The notes: generated from the sequence alone by a model not told the origin. Numbered from the stretch's first letter, positions 8,981 through 18,578 are shown. The stretch: DNA of 64,000 nt from an uncultured Nitrospinaceae bacterium (GCA_964005815.1 CAXFSR010000043.1:1-64000), one strand, 5' to 3'. Numbers and translations: made by a program.

Positions 8981-9565
8981 GTGCGCAAAGGTTCTATAAT
9001 TATCAGTTTGATTTTGTTGGGTTTAAGTGTTTTTTCGTATTTTTATGTTATTCCTACACAAATCATAACTTCGATTCCGATTGAGAAAAATACGCCTGCA
9101 GTCTTGCATCCGGACTTTTTCCCTCGTCTAACAGTTTTTATTCTTGCTATTGTTTCTGTATCACTATTGATTTCATCGATAAAATACAAAACTGACGAAA
9201 AAACGTACGGCTCAGATTACAAAAGCGCTATAACAAGGGTCGTAATCGTTTTTCTTTTGTCTTATACGTACGTACTTTCTTTAAAGTACATAGGGTACAC
9301 ATTAACCACCCCAGTTTTTATGGCTATCATTATAATTTTGCTTGGGCTGAGGAATTGGCGTTTAGTAATACCGACTGCCATCGCTTTTCCCTTCGCTCTA
9401 AATATATTCTTTTGGTATAGCTTTAAGGTTGTTTTGCCAGAAGGGGATTTTGAAATAAGCACTGTGAATAAAATAATTATTGGATTGATTTTACTTTGTA
9501 GCTTCACTTTTTTCCTCATCTATCTTGAGAAGAAAAATAGCCTAAATTCTGCCGAAAGCACATAA
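8981..9565 (+). CDS. tctB: Tripartite tricarboxylate transporter small permease TctB
   Basis: PDFFPR and FKVVLPEG motifs, multiple TM helices; probable GTG start at 8981 (ORF track starts at 8924). Confidence 0.8.
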   Translation: MRKGSIIISLILLGLSVFSYFYVIPTQIITSIPIEKNTPAVLHPDFFPRLTVFILAIVSVSLLISSIKYKTDEKTYGSDYKSAITRVVIVFLLSYTYVLSLKYIGYTLTTPVFMAIIIILLGLRNWRLVIPTAIAFPFALNIFFWYSFKVVLPEGDFEISTVNKIIIGLILLCSFTFFLIYLEKKNSLNSAEST

Positions 9566-9593
9566 GACAAAATAGAAAGAGAGATAAAATAAG

Positions 9594-11084
9594 ATGTTAG
9601 ATCAAATCTTAGAAGGTATTATGATGGCATTAACCTGGAAGGCAATTTTGTTTGTTGCTATCGGTGTTTTTGCTGGCATTACGGTTGGAGCTATTCCCGG
9701 ACTTACTGGTGTAATGGCAACAGCTATACTAGTTCCATTTTCTTTTTTTATGCCTCCAGAGCTTGGAATACCTTTCTTGCTTGGTGTGCATAAAGGTGCT
9801 TTATTCGGAGGTTCTATACCCGCAATACTTGTAAATACACCCGGAACACCTCCCGCAGCTGCAACGTGCCTTGACGGGTATCCACTTGCCCAAAAGGGAG
9901 AAGCTAAGAGTGCAATACAAATGTCCTTATATTCTTCTACTTTGGGTGACACATTCAGTGACATCGCACTGATTGTTGCTGCTATACCACTTGCTGCTTT
10001 AGCCTTGAAATTTGGACCTGCGGATTTCTTTGGATTATTGGTGATGGGTCTTACCGTTATCTCTAGTGTTACTGGTTCTTCTGTCCCAAAAGGTATCATT
10101 TCCGCACTCATAGGTCTTCTTATAGGTGCAGTTGGATTTGATGCAGTTACTGGTGCAGAAAGATTCACTTTTGGATTTGATACTCTTCAAGGTGGAATCG
10201 GACTTGTACCTCTTCTAATCGGATTATTTGCGATAAGTGAAGTACTTATTCAGGTGGAGAAAAAACTACATATTCTCTCAGAAAGACCTACTACCGCACA
10301 TCTTAAAGGTGGAAGGCCTTTAAAATTTCAGGAACTAAAGGATTCTGGAAGAACTATTTTCCGATCTTCTATCATTGGAACAATTGTAGGTGCAATTCCA
10401 GGAACCGGCTCCTCTATAGCTACATTTATTGGATATGGAGCTGCGCAAAGGGCTTCTAAAAAACCTGAAGAATTTGGAAAAGGAAGTTACGAAGGTGTTG
10501 CTGCTGCAGAAGCTGCAAATAGTGCTGTCGCTGGTGCCGACTTAATTCCAACACTAACTCTTGGAATTCCAGGTGGAGGAACTGCTGCAATCTTAATGGG
10601 AGCATTTATAGCTCAGGGTCTTAGACCTGGACCTTCATTATTCGAAGAGAATGCAGTCACGATGTATGCTATTTTCACCCTCCTCCTTATCGGAAATCCC
10701 ATTATGTTAATACAGGGTTGGCTCCTGACAGACCTTTTTGCTGCTGTTGTAACAATTCGACAAGCAATTTTAATTCCATGCATATTACTTTTTTGCGTAA
10801 TAGGCGGATACATATATCACAATAATCTTGGGGATGTAGAGCTTGCTTTAATAGCTGGAATTTTTGGATATATTTTCAGAAAACTAAAGTTCCCTCTTGC
10901 CCCGTTAGTCATCGCATATATTATTACTCCGATGGCAGAGCGATCCTTTAAACAGGCTTTATTAATTTCTGGTGGTGACTACACTGTCTTTTTCACAAAA
11001 CCAATATCATTGTTTTTTATTGTATTGGCTGCTGTTATTTTAATTTTGAGCGTTTGGAAGCAACCAAAAGTTTCAGATGAATAG
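9594..11084 (+). CDS. tctA: Tripartite tricarboxylate transporter large permease TctA
   Basis: GAIPGL, GGSIPAILVNTPGTP, DGYPLA, EAANSA and LTLGIPG motifs. Confidence 0.95.
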   Translation: MLDQILEGIMMALTWKAILFVAIGVFAGITVGAIPGLTGVMATAILVPFSFFMPPELGIPFLLGVHKGALFGGSIPAILVNTPGTPPAAATCLDGYPLAQKGEAKSAIQMSLYSSTLGDTFSDIALIVAAIPLAALALKFGPADFFGLLVMGLTVISSVTGSSVPKGIISALIGLLIGAVGFDAVTGAERFTFGFDTLQGGIGLVPLLIGLFAISEVLIQVEKKLHILSERPTTAHLKGGRPLKFQELKDSGRTIFRSSIIGTIVGAIPGTGSSIATFIGYGAAQRASKKPEEFGKGSYEGVAAAEAANSAVAGADLIPTLTLGIPGGGTAAILMGAFIAQGLRPGPSLFEENAVTMYAIFTLLLIGNPIMLIQGWLLTDLFAAVVTIRQAILIPCILLFCVIGGYIYHNNLGDVELALIAGIFGYIFRKLKFPLAPLVIAYIITPMAERSFKQALLISGGDYTVFFTKPISLFFIVLAAVILILSVWKQPKVSDE

Positions 11085-11114
11085 AAGCATTCTTTTAACA
11101 TAGGAGAAAATGCA

Positions 11115-12101
11115 ATGAGTAAATTGAAATTTGTTCTAGTTGTTGTACTCGCACTTTCTTTATCCACACTTTTTATGGGCTTGAGTGATTCCCACGCAAG
11201 AAAATTCCCATGGAAACCTATCAAGGTGATCGTTCCTCTTGGTGCAGGTGGATCGCATGATTTGAACACAAGAGCTGTTGCTGCAGTAGCTTATGATTAT
11301 CTTGGTCAACCAATGATAGTTCAACTTATGCCTGGTGCTGGCGGTAAAATTGCGATGCATGCACTAAAGAAAGCAAAAAATGATGGTCACACTCTATTGA
11401 TGTCATCTGCATCACATCTAACTATTGGTCCTCACGTTAGAAATATGGGTTATGATCCTCTAAATGATTTTGAATTCGTTTTCATGTTCACAAAAGCTGA
11501 TTACATGATGGCTGCTCTAGCATCACAGCCTTGGAAAGGATTCAAACAATTCATCGCAGCTGCAAAAAAGAATCCTAACAAAATAAGTTATGGTTCTTCT
11601 GGGATTTACGGTACAGGCCATCTTATGCTTTTGAAAATAATGGCTGACACCGGTGCAAAAATTAAACATATTCCATTTAAAGGTGGCGGACCTGCATATA
11701 GAGCTGGTCTAGGTGGACACATTGATACGTTCGGTGCGTTACCTGCTACTGGTGGAACACTTGGTCGCTACAAAAGAGGTCAAGTACAGATTCTTGGTGT
11801 ATGTTCCAAGAAACGTATTAAAATGTTTCCAAAAGTACCAACTATGATCGAAAATGGAGTTGATTTTGTTTTAGCTTCTAAAAGAACAATTATTGCTCCT
11901 AAAGGAACTCCCAAAGATCGCATTGACTTCTTAGTTGGTGCTTTCAAAAAATTAGTTAAAAACAAAACATACAAAAAGCTTTTAAAGAAAATGGGCGAAA
12001 AACCATCTCCACTTTATGGCCCAGCGCTAAAAGCTGACTTCGTTGCTGAACACGCTGCATTTGGAAAAATTCTTGCTAGCATCGGAGTGAAAAAGAAGTA
12101 A
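11115..12101 (+). CDS. tctC: Tripartite tricarboxylate transporter binding protein TctC/Bug
   Basis: Signal peptide; FPWKPIKVIVPLGAGGSHD, PGAGG, DGHTL and HIPFKGGG motifs. Confidence 0.93.
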   Translation: MSKLKFVLVVVLALSLSTLFMGLSDSHARKFPWKPIKVIVPLGAGGSHDLNTRAVAAVAYDYLGQPMIVQLMPGAGGKIAMHALKKAKNDGHTLLMSSASHLTIGPHVRNMGYDPLNDFEFVFMFTKADYMMAALASQPWKGFKQFIAAAKKNPNKISYGSSGIYGTGHLMLLKIMADTGAKIKHIPFKGGGPAYRAGLGGHIDTFGALPATGGTLGRYKRGQVQILGVCSKKRIKMFPKVPTMIENGVDFVLASKRTIIAPKGTPKDRIDFLVGAFKKLVKNKTYKKLLKKMGEKPSPLYGPALKADFVAEHAAFGKILASIGVKKK

Positions 12102-12122
12102 TTCTTTAGAAATAGAACAAAT

Positions 12123-12160
12123 AAAATAGTCCTATCTTTTTTTGATAGGGCTATTTTTTT
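12123..12160. terminator. Bidirectional intrinsic terminator between tctC and the SDR gene
   Basis: AAAATAGTCCTATC-loop-GATAGGGCTATTTTTTT hairpin between convergent stops. Confidence 0.75.
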
Positions 12161-12920
12161 ACCCTATAGCACTTCTACCGCCATCAACGCAGATATGTTG
12201 ACCAGTTAAATAATCTGATTCATCTGAACATAGAAATTTTGCAAGTCCTGCAACATCTTGAGATTCCCCAGCTCTACCAGCAGGAGTTCTATCTATAACA
12301 TTTTTCATTTTCTGAGGATCAGAAAACAAACCTTCTGTCATTGGCGTTCGAGTGAGTTGTGGAGCAATTGCATTCACTTGAATATTATATTCTGCCCACT
12401 CTATAGATAAAGCTCTCGTTAAAGCAGCAATCCCACCTTTTGTAGCTATATATGCAGCCTGATTTGGAACTGCTCTTTCCGCTAACATAGAAGAAACAAA
12501 AATTAATTTCCCACACTTATTTGGAATCATAGCCTTTGCAACTTCTTGAGCAAATACGAATGCTCCCCTAAGGTTGATTTGTAGTAAATTATCAATCTCT
12601 TCTACGTCATACTCCAATGCTGGTTTTACAATAAGATGTCCGCCACTATTCACGCCAGCATCTATTTTTCCATTTTCTGAATGAACACTTTCTACTACTT
12701 CTTTAACCGAAGAAGGAACAGATAAATCTATGCTCTTAAACTCTGCTTTCAGACCTTTATCTTTGATGGAATTTGCAGATTCCCTTCCCTCTTTTTCATT
12801 ACGATTGCAAATAATCACTTTAGCACCAGACATCGCTAACATGTCTGCAATTGCAAACCCTATTCCTTTACTGCCTCCTGTTACTATTATCACTTTCTCT
12901 GATAAAAGAAGGTCGTTCAT
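12159..12920 (-). CDS. Short-chain dehydrogenase/reductase
   Basis: TGGSKGIG, YIATK (YxxxK) and GQHICVDGG motifs. Confidence 0.92.
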   Translation of the reverse strand: MNDLLLSEKVIIVTGGSKGIGFAIADMLAMSGAKVIICNRNEKEGRESANSIKDKGLKAEFKSIDLSVPSSVKEVVESVHSENGKIDAGVNSGGHLIVKPALEYDVEEIDNLLQINLRGAFVFAQEVAKAMIPNKCGKLIFVSSMLAERAVPNQAAYIATKGGIAALTRALSIEWAEYNIQVNAIAPQLTRTPMTEGLFSDPQKMKNVIDRTPAGRAGESQDVAGLAKFLCSDESDYLTGQHICVDGGRSAIG

Positions 12921-12940
12921 TTTCTTAAATTCCTTTTCAA

Positions 12941-13678
12941 TTATTTCTTTTCATTGATTTTGGAAATTATCATTTTAAGTTGCTCTGCATCCATAGCACC
13001 AGCATATATATTATCTCCTATAATATAAGTAGGCGTAGATCGAACTCCAACAAAAATTGCAATTTTTCTTATTCCCATAATAGTGTCTTGGACTTTTTGC
13101 GAAAACATATCTTTTTTCAGTTGCTCCATATCAAGACCTGATGCTTTAGCCAATGAAAAAATCTGATCTAGATCTTTGAAGTTTGTTTCCATCAATCTTG
13201 CATGAAAAGATTTGTATTTTCCCTGCATATGAGCTGCTAGCGCGGCTTTAGAAGCATGCATAGAAAGTTTACCCAAAATAGGAAGCTCTTTGTGTATCAC
13301 TTTCACATTTTTATTTTCTTTTAGGATTTTTTTCACTACAGCGTAAGATGCCCTGCAATAACCACATCGATAATCAAAATATTCTGCAATGACTATTTTT
13401 CCGTTTGGGTTACCACTTATAGGACTACTTGGATCAAAAAATATTTCCTTCTTCTTGCTTCTTATTTTCTGACTGGTTATACGTTCTTTTTCTTTTTCTC
13501 TTTTCTCTTTCAGTGACAATAAAGCCTTTTCGACAATCTCAGGATTATCGATCAAATACGTTTTGATAATTTCGTGTAACTCTTTTTTTGAGATAGTATT
13601 AGAGAGTTTCTCACCAAAAACTGTAGTAGAGATAAAAATTATGGATAATACCAATATTACATTCAAAATCTTTCTCAT
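12941..13678 (-). CDS. DsbA-family protein (Com1/ScsC-like)
   Basis: Signal peptide, YLIDNPEIV N-terminal helix, FDYRCGYC, STP cis-Pro loop. Confidence 0.9.
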   Translation of the reverse strand: MRKILNVILVLSIIFISTTVFGEKLSNTISKKELHEIIKTYLIDNPEIVEKALLSLKEKREKEKERITSQKIRSKKKEIFFDPSSPISGNPNGKIVIAEYFDYRCGYCRASYAVVKKILKENKNVKVIHKELPILGKLSMHASKAALAAHMQGKYKSFHARLMETNFKDLDQIFSLAKASGLDMEQLKKDMFSQKVQDTIMGIRKIAIFVGVRSTPTYIIGDNIYAGAMDAEQLKMIISKINEKK

Positions 13679-13736
13679 TAAGAACTATCCCCTATAGCTA
13701 TTTTTTTCAATTATCTTTTTAAGAACCGGAGTATAC

Positions 13737-14801
13737 ATGAATCTAAAATACGATGTTGAAGAATTAACCAATTTTATCAGACAAACTCTTATATCACAGT
13801 TTATTCCAGAAAATGATGCAGAAATCATATCTGAACGAATGATTGATGCAGATTTAAGAGGAATGCATGGACATGGAATCTTTCGTCTTCCTCCCTATAT
13901 GCGCAGAATTCATGAGGGTGGTTACAACATCAACCCAAATATAAAAAACCTTCACGAAACACCGGTAAGCGCGCTTGTTGACGGAGATAATGGTTTTGGA
14001 CAACTTGTAATGACCCATGCTGCAGATTTGGCTATTAAAAAGGCAAAAGAATCTGGTCTTGCCTGGATAGGTATTCAAAATAGCAATCATGCCGGGGCAG
14101 CCGGAGTATATGTCGCTATGACCCTTTCTCACGATCTTATCGGTATTTATATGGCAGTAGCCAATGCGAACCATATGCCACCATGGGGCGGCACAGATAT
14201 GTTGCTCAGTACCAATCCCATAGCTTTTTCGATTCCTGCAGGAGAAGAAGACCCTATCGTCTTAGATATAGCGACTACCGAAACCTCTTACGGCAAAGTA
14301 AAAGTGTATGCAGACATAGATAAAGAAATGCCTGTAGGATGGATGCTGAATAAAGATGGAACTCCGTTAACCGATCCCAAAAAAGCAAGCGAGGGTTTCT
14401 TGCTCCCTATCGGCGGGCATAAAGGTTACGGTCTTAATCTTATAGTGGGTATGATGGCAGGAGTAATGAATCAAGCAAATTTTGGAAGCAATGTTATCGA
14501 CTTCAATGCAAACTTCAAATCTCCTACAAATACAGGACAAGCTTTTTTTGCAATCAAACCTAATCTTTTCCAATCCTTAGAATCTTTCAAAAAAGAAACA
14601 GATATACGAATCCGTGAAATCAAGAATTCTACTCCCATGGATCCTAGCAATCCGGTACAAATCCCTGGGCATATGGCTGTCCAAAGAGAAAAAGAAATGA
14701 GGAGGAATGGAGTTCCTGTTTCTGAGAAAACAACACAACTTCTTTCTGAACTTGAAAAAAAGTATAATACGAAAGTGCCGTTCCATTACAAAGGAGCATA
14801 A
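13737..14801 (+). CDS. Ldh2-family (malate/lactate/sulfolactate/ureidoglycolate) dehydrogenase
   Basis: ADLRGMHGHG, DGDNGFG, SNHAG, TNPIA, LDIAT and GGHKGYGL motifs. Confidence 0.92.
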   Translation: MNLKYDVEELTNFIRQTLISQFIPENDAEIISERMIDADLRGMHGHGIFRLPPYMRRIHEGGYNINPNIKNLHETPVSALVDGDNGFGQLVMTHAADLAIKKAKESGLAWIGIQNSNHAGAAGVYVAMTLSHDLIGIYMAVANANHMPPWGGTDMLLSTNPIAFSIPAGEEDPIVLDIATTETSYGKVKVYADIDKEMPVGWMLNKDGTPLTDPKKASEGFLLPIGGHKGYGLNLIVGMMAGVMNQANFGSNVIDFNANFKSPTNTGQAFFAIKPNLFQSLESFKKETDIRIREIKNSTPMDPSNPVQIPGHMAVQREKEMRRNGVPVSEKTTQLLSELEKKYNTKVPFHYKGA

Positions 14802-16283
14802 ATGCAACTAACCTCTAAAGACATTACTTCTCTTCATAAACCATCGGAATGCAGTTTACGTATTTATCTAGGCTCCAAAGGCACACCAAAATCTGAACCT
14901 GCTTCACTAGAAAAACTCATCAATAAATTCGCAAAACAACACGAACAGAATCATCTACGTACATTGGGAAACTTCATGGATCTAAGAGAAGGAAGCTTGG
15001 ATCAACGCTATCAAGAGACAGGTTATGCAATAACAGACAAAGAGGAGATTCTCTATCAACCTATTCTTTATGCTAAAACAGTCATCGATAAAACTGAAAT
15101 TGAAATATACGGTGGTGCAGATTTTTTCATATCAGAAAAAGACAATTATATTATTCGTGACTGTAAAATGATTAAAAATCTAAGAAACAACAAAGGTAAA
15201 ATAAAAAAAGAACACTTAAACATAGAATTGCAAATCACTCTCTGTGCATGGCTTTTCGAACAAAACTATAAAATAGAACCATCAGAACTTCAAATTTTCA
15301 CAAAATCAAATCAAATCGAAAAAATCCCGTATGACGGCGGTGAAAAAGCACTCATTGCTTTAAAAGAAATTATTCGTATGCGAACACTAAAAAAAACACC
15401 CTACAGTCCTGTTGGAGTAAGCAAATGTGGACAGTGCGAGTTTCATAATCATTGCTGGACAAATGCTCAGGAGAAACATGACATAGCGCTTGTATACGAA
15501 GTTGACCAATCACTTGCTATAGCATTACATAACAAAAAGATAAAAACCTACGATGAAATAGAGAATGCTTTCACCGTAGAAGAACTTGCTGAGTTTAAAA
15601 ACATTAATGGTGCACGTGTTGGCAAAAAAGCCGAATCTATTTTACGTAATGCGAAAGCTATGGCTGAAGATACTGAAATTATAATTCAATCTCCAGAGAT
15701 ACCAATACATGATAATTACGTGATGTTTGACCTTGAAGGCATTCCTTCAAATCTTGCTGATGAAGAAATGATTTACCTTTGGGGAATACAGGTTTATGGA
15801 AAAATCAAAGGAGAATTTCTACCTTCTGTAGCAAGTTTCAAAGATGATGGTGATGAAATTGCTTGGGAAGATTTCCTCAATAATGCGAATAAGATTTTTA
15901 AAAAATTTGGAGATATCCCGTTTGTTCACTGGGCATCATACGAAAAAACACAATTGAATAGGTATATAGAGAGATATGGAGATAATAAAGGAATTGCAGA
16001 GAGAATAAAAAGAAATCTTCTGGATCTTCTACCTGTAACAAAAAAATCAATTGCAATACCTCGTGAAGGTTACAGCATAAAAGTCGTAGAAAAACATATA
16101 GGCTTCAAGAGAACTCTAGATGAATATGGAGGCGACTGGGCTATTGCCAAATATTTTGAGGCAAAGGTGAATAATGATTTTACTAGACAAAAACAACTAA
16201 TCGACGAAATTCTGCTATACAACCATGAAGACCTAGATTCAACATGGGCTGTTTTAGAATGGCTACTTGAAAGGAAAAAATAG
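14802..16283 (+). CDS. TM0106-family RecB/Cas4-like nuclease with C-terminal RNase H-like domain
   Basis: N-terminal Cys (SEC), ADF...RDCK PD-(D/E)xK-like core, CGQCEFHNHC, then FDLEG, HWASYE, DLL, YSIKVVE and YNHEDL. Confidence 0.85.
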   Translation: MQLTSKDITSLHKPSECSLRIYLGSKGTPKSEPASLEKLINKFAKQHEQNHLRTLGNFMDLREGSLDQRYQETGYAITDKEEILYQPILYAKTVIDKTEIEIYGGADFFISEKDNYIIRDCKMIKNLRNNKGKIKKEHLNIELQITLCAWLFEQNYKIEPSELQIFTKSNQIEKIPYDGGEKALIALKEIIRMRTLKKTPYSPVGVSKCGQCEFHNHCWTNAQEKHDIALVYEVDQSLAIALHNKKIKTYDEIENAFTVEELAEFKNINGARVGKKAESILRNAKAMAEDTEIIIQSPEIPIHDNYVMFDLEGIPSNLADEEMIYLWGIQVYGKIKGEFLPSVASFKDDGDEIAWEDFLNNANKIFKKFGDIPFVHWASYEKTQLNRYIERYGDNKGIAERIKRNLLDLLPVTKKSIAIPREGYSIKVVEKHIGFKRTLDEYGGDWAIAKYFEAKVNNDFTRQKQLIDEILLYNHEDLDSTWAVLEWLLERKK

Positions 16284-16287
16284 TTTT

Positions 16288-16674
16288 CTATTCTGCGACT
16301 TCTCTGTGTATATGGTTATTTTTCTTCGCTCTTGTACATAAAAAAACTTTACACCCTTCAGGATATTCATATGGACCGTGTGCATTTCCTGGTCCACCTC
16401 CAAAAACATAATCTCCTGGGCCTAGTATCTTACCATCCACGAGCATCGTTCCTTCCAAAATGAAGATACTATGGTAATGGTCATGTTCATGTCTTGGTTC
16501 TACATACCCAACAGGAAACATCGTAATTCTTTCAGAACGCTCAGAAACTTCATCATACCCTTCTCTAATCATCTTTATTTTCACACCTTCAGGCAATCCT
16601 AATATTTCAGAGCCATCAGCCCATTCAATTTCTTCTGTGTTAGATGCAAAAAAATCACCTACATATTCCATCAT
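16288..16674 (-). CDS. Cupin-domain protein (ChrR/cupin_7-like)
   Basis: FPVGYVEPRHEHDHYH...LEG...GDYV...HGP cupin motifs. Confidence 0.8.
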   Translation of the reverse strand: MMEYVGDFFASNTEEIEWADGSEILGLPEGVKIKMIREGYDEVSERSERITMFPVGYVEPRHEHDHYHSIFILEGTMLVDGKILGPGDYVFGGGPGNAHGPYEYPEGCKVFLCTRAKKNNHIHREVAE

Positions 16675-16692
16675 GAACCTCCATGGTTTGTT

Positions 16693-17103
16693 TTAATGAC
16701 CTTTCGTTAAATCACTTCCATGCTCTGCTTCTGGATTTCTGTGAATTTGATTCATTTTTTTTGCTCTACTGCAAGAAAAAACAGTACATCCTACAGGATA
16801 ATGATAAGGACCATGCTGTTCACCGGGGCCACCAAAAACAAAATCTCCAGGCCTTAAAATTTTATTATGCACATGCATTTCACCTTCGATAACCAAAGTG
16901 CTATGCAAATGATCATGTGTGTGTAAAGGTTCAGTATATCCTGGAGGAAATCGAACAAACTTGTCCACTCTTTCTGATACCTCGTCTACACCCTCTGCGA
17001 CTATTTTTACTTCTACTCCAGGAGGAAGACCAATTACCTTTGTCCCATCTTCCCATTCCAAATCTTCTGTTTTAATGGTTAAGAATTCTTCTGCTTTTTT
17101 CAT
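16693..17103 (-). CDS. Cupin-domain protein, paralog of its neighbour
   Basis: FPPGYTEPLHTHDHLH...IEG...GDFV...HGP; colinear similarity to 16288..16674. Confidence 0.8.
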   Translation of the reverse strand: MKKAEEFLTIKTEDLEWEDGTKVIGLPPGVEVKIVAEGVDEVSERVDKFVRFPPGYTEPLHTHDHLHSTLVIEGEMHVHNKILRPGDFVFGGPGEQHGPYHYPVGCTVFSCSRAKKMNQIHRNPEAEHGSDLTKGH

Positions 17104-17139
17104 AAAATCTCCATTTTAAATTATGAAAGAGGCACGTAC

Positions 17140-17200
17140 GAAACATTTTCGAAACATAATATTCAAGTAATAGAAACATTACCCTTATAAATTCGAAACA
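17140..17200. promoter_or_regulatory. Four phased GAAACA direct repeats in the cupin/urtA divergent intergenic region
   Basis: GAAACA starts at 17140, 17151, 17173 and 17195 (spacings 11, 22, 22). Confidence 0.6.
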
Positions 17201-17270
17201 CAAAACCTATAAATTAAAAAAACATCAAATCAATCTTTATCTATCTTTTTTATCAAGAGGAATTTAAAAA

Positions 17271-18578
17271 GTGACAAAAAAAATAAAACGACTTAGTAGC
17301 AGAAGAGATTTTCTGAAAAAAACAGCCTCTGCTGGTATAGGAGCATTTGCTGCAAGCAGTCTGGCTTTCCCTAATGTAATCCGCGCTGCATCTCCTATCA
17401 AATTAGGAATACTACATTCATTGAGTGGTACTATGGCAATCAGTGAAGTTTCCCTAAGAGACGTTGTTATGATGGCCGTAGAGGAAATCAATTCTTCTGG
17501 TGGAATTATGAAAAGACCTATTAAACCTTATGTAGTAGATCCAGCTTCAGACTGGGATTTGTTTGCAGAAAAAGCAAAACAACTTCTCCTGAAAGACAAA
17601 GTAGATGTTGTTTTTGGTTGCTGGACATCAGTTAGCAGGAAATCGGTACTTCCTGTCTTTGAAAAGAACAATGGATTATTATTTTATCCTGTACAGTATG
17701 AAGGGGAAGAATGCTCCAAAAATGTTTTTTACACTGGTGCTACACCTAACCAACAACTTATTCCTGCTGCTGAATATTTAATGAGCGAAGATGGTGGAGG
17801 TTTTAAAAAATTCTATCTTTTAGGAACAGATTATGTGTTTCCAAGAACGGCCAATAAAATTTTGAGAGCATTTCTTCTTGCAAAAGGAGTCCCAGCGAAG
17901 AATATCATGGAAGAATATACACCTTTCCATCATCAGGATTACCAGACAATTGTAGGAAAAATTAAAAATTTTGCATCTTCTGGTGATGCAGCTGTTCTCA
18001 GTACTATTAACGGAGACAGTAATGTCCCATTCTATAAAGAATTTGGAAATCAAGGATTACGTTCAGAAGACTGTCCAATTATGGCGTTTAGTGTCGCAGA
18101 AGATGAACTAAGAGGAATGGATACAAAATCACTAGTGGGACATCTTGCAGCCTGGAATTATTATCAGTCTATAAACACACCTGCAAATAAAAAATTTGTT
18201 GCCGATTTCAAAACCTACTGCAAAAGAAAAGGCCTTCCAGGTGGAACTAGTAGAGTAACAGACGATCCAATAGAAGCTGCATACTTAGGTGTCCACATCT
18301 ACAAAAAAGCAGTAGAAAAAGCAGGATCTACCGATGTCGATGCAGTTCGAAAAGCAACTTACGGAACCGGGTTCAATGCTCCAGGAGGCTTCAAGAAAAT
18401 TGACGAAAGAAATCATCATCTTCACAAACCGGTTTTAATTGGAGAGATTAAAAGAAATGGACAGTTCCGTGTTGTTAATTCCACAAAAGGTTTAGTGAAA
18501 CCTGAACCTTGGAGCAAATATACAAGTCCAGACAAAGGCTGTGACTGGGTAGATCATAAAGGGACATATAAAAAATAA
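17271..18578 (+). CDS. urtA: Urea ABC transporter substrate-binding protein
   Basis: Tat motif SRRDFLK; GILHSLSGTMAISE, FGCWTSVSRKSV, YPVQYEG and GTDYVFPRT motifs. Confidence 0.96.
   Translation: MTKKIKRLSSRRDFLKKTASAGIGAFAASSLAFPNVIRAASPIKLGILHSLSGTMAISEVSLRDVVMMAVEEINSSGGIMKRPIKPYVVDPASDWDLFAEKAKQLLLKDKVDVVFGCWTSVSRKSVLPVFEKNNGLLFYPVQYEGEECSKNVFYTGATPNQQLIPAAEYLMSEDGGGFKKFYLLGTDYVFPRTANKILRAFLLAKGVPAKNIMEEYTPFHHQDYQTIVGKIKNFASSGDAAVLSTINGDSNVPFYKEFGNQGLRSEDCPIMAFSVAEDELRGMDTKSLVGHLAAWNYYQSINTPANKKFVADFKTYCKRKGLPGGTSRVTDDPIEAAYLGVHIYKKAVEKAGSTDVDAVRKATYGTGFNAPGGFKKIDERNHHLHKPVLIGEIKRNGQFRVVNSTKGLVKPEPWSKYTSPDKGCDWVDHKGTYKK

Noticed and set aside
9602..10168. 188-aa antisense ORF inside tctA, and the many other short overlapping ORFs in the track (e.g. 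5562..5861, 23924..24286, 55095..55547)
   Set aside because: They are shadows of well-supported genes on the other strand or frame, with no recognisable motifs.
14802..16283. CRISPR-Cas locus suggested by the Cas4-like motifs
   Set aside because: No repeat-spacer array or other cas genes anywhere in the window; the domain layout fits TM0106.
16288..17103. Calling the cupins DMSP lyases (DddK/Q/W)
   Set aside because: Only generic cupin His motifs are recognisable; nothing specific supports that substrate.
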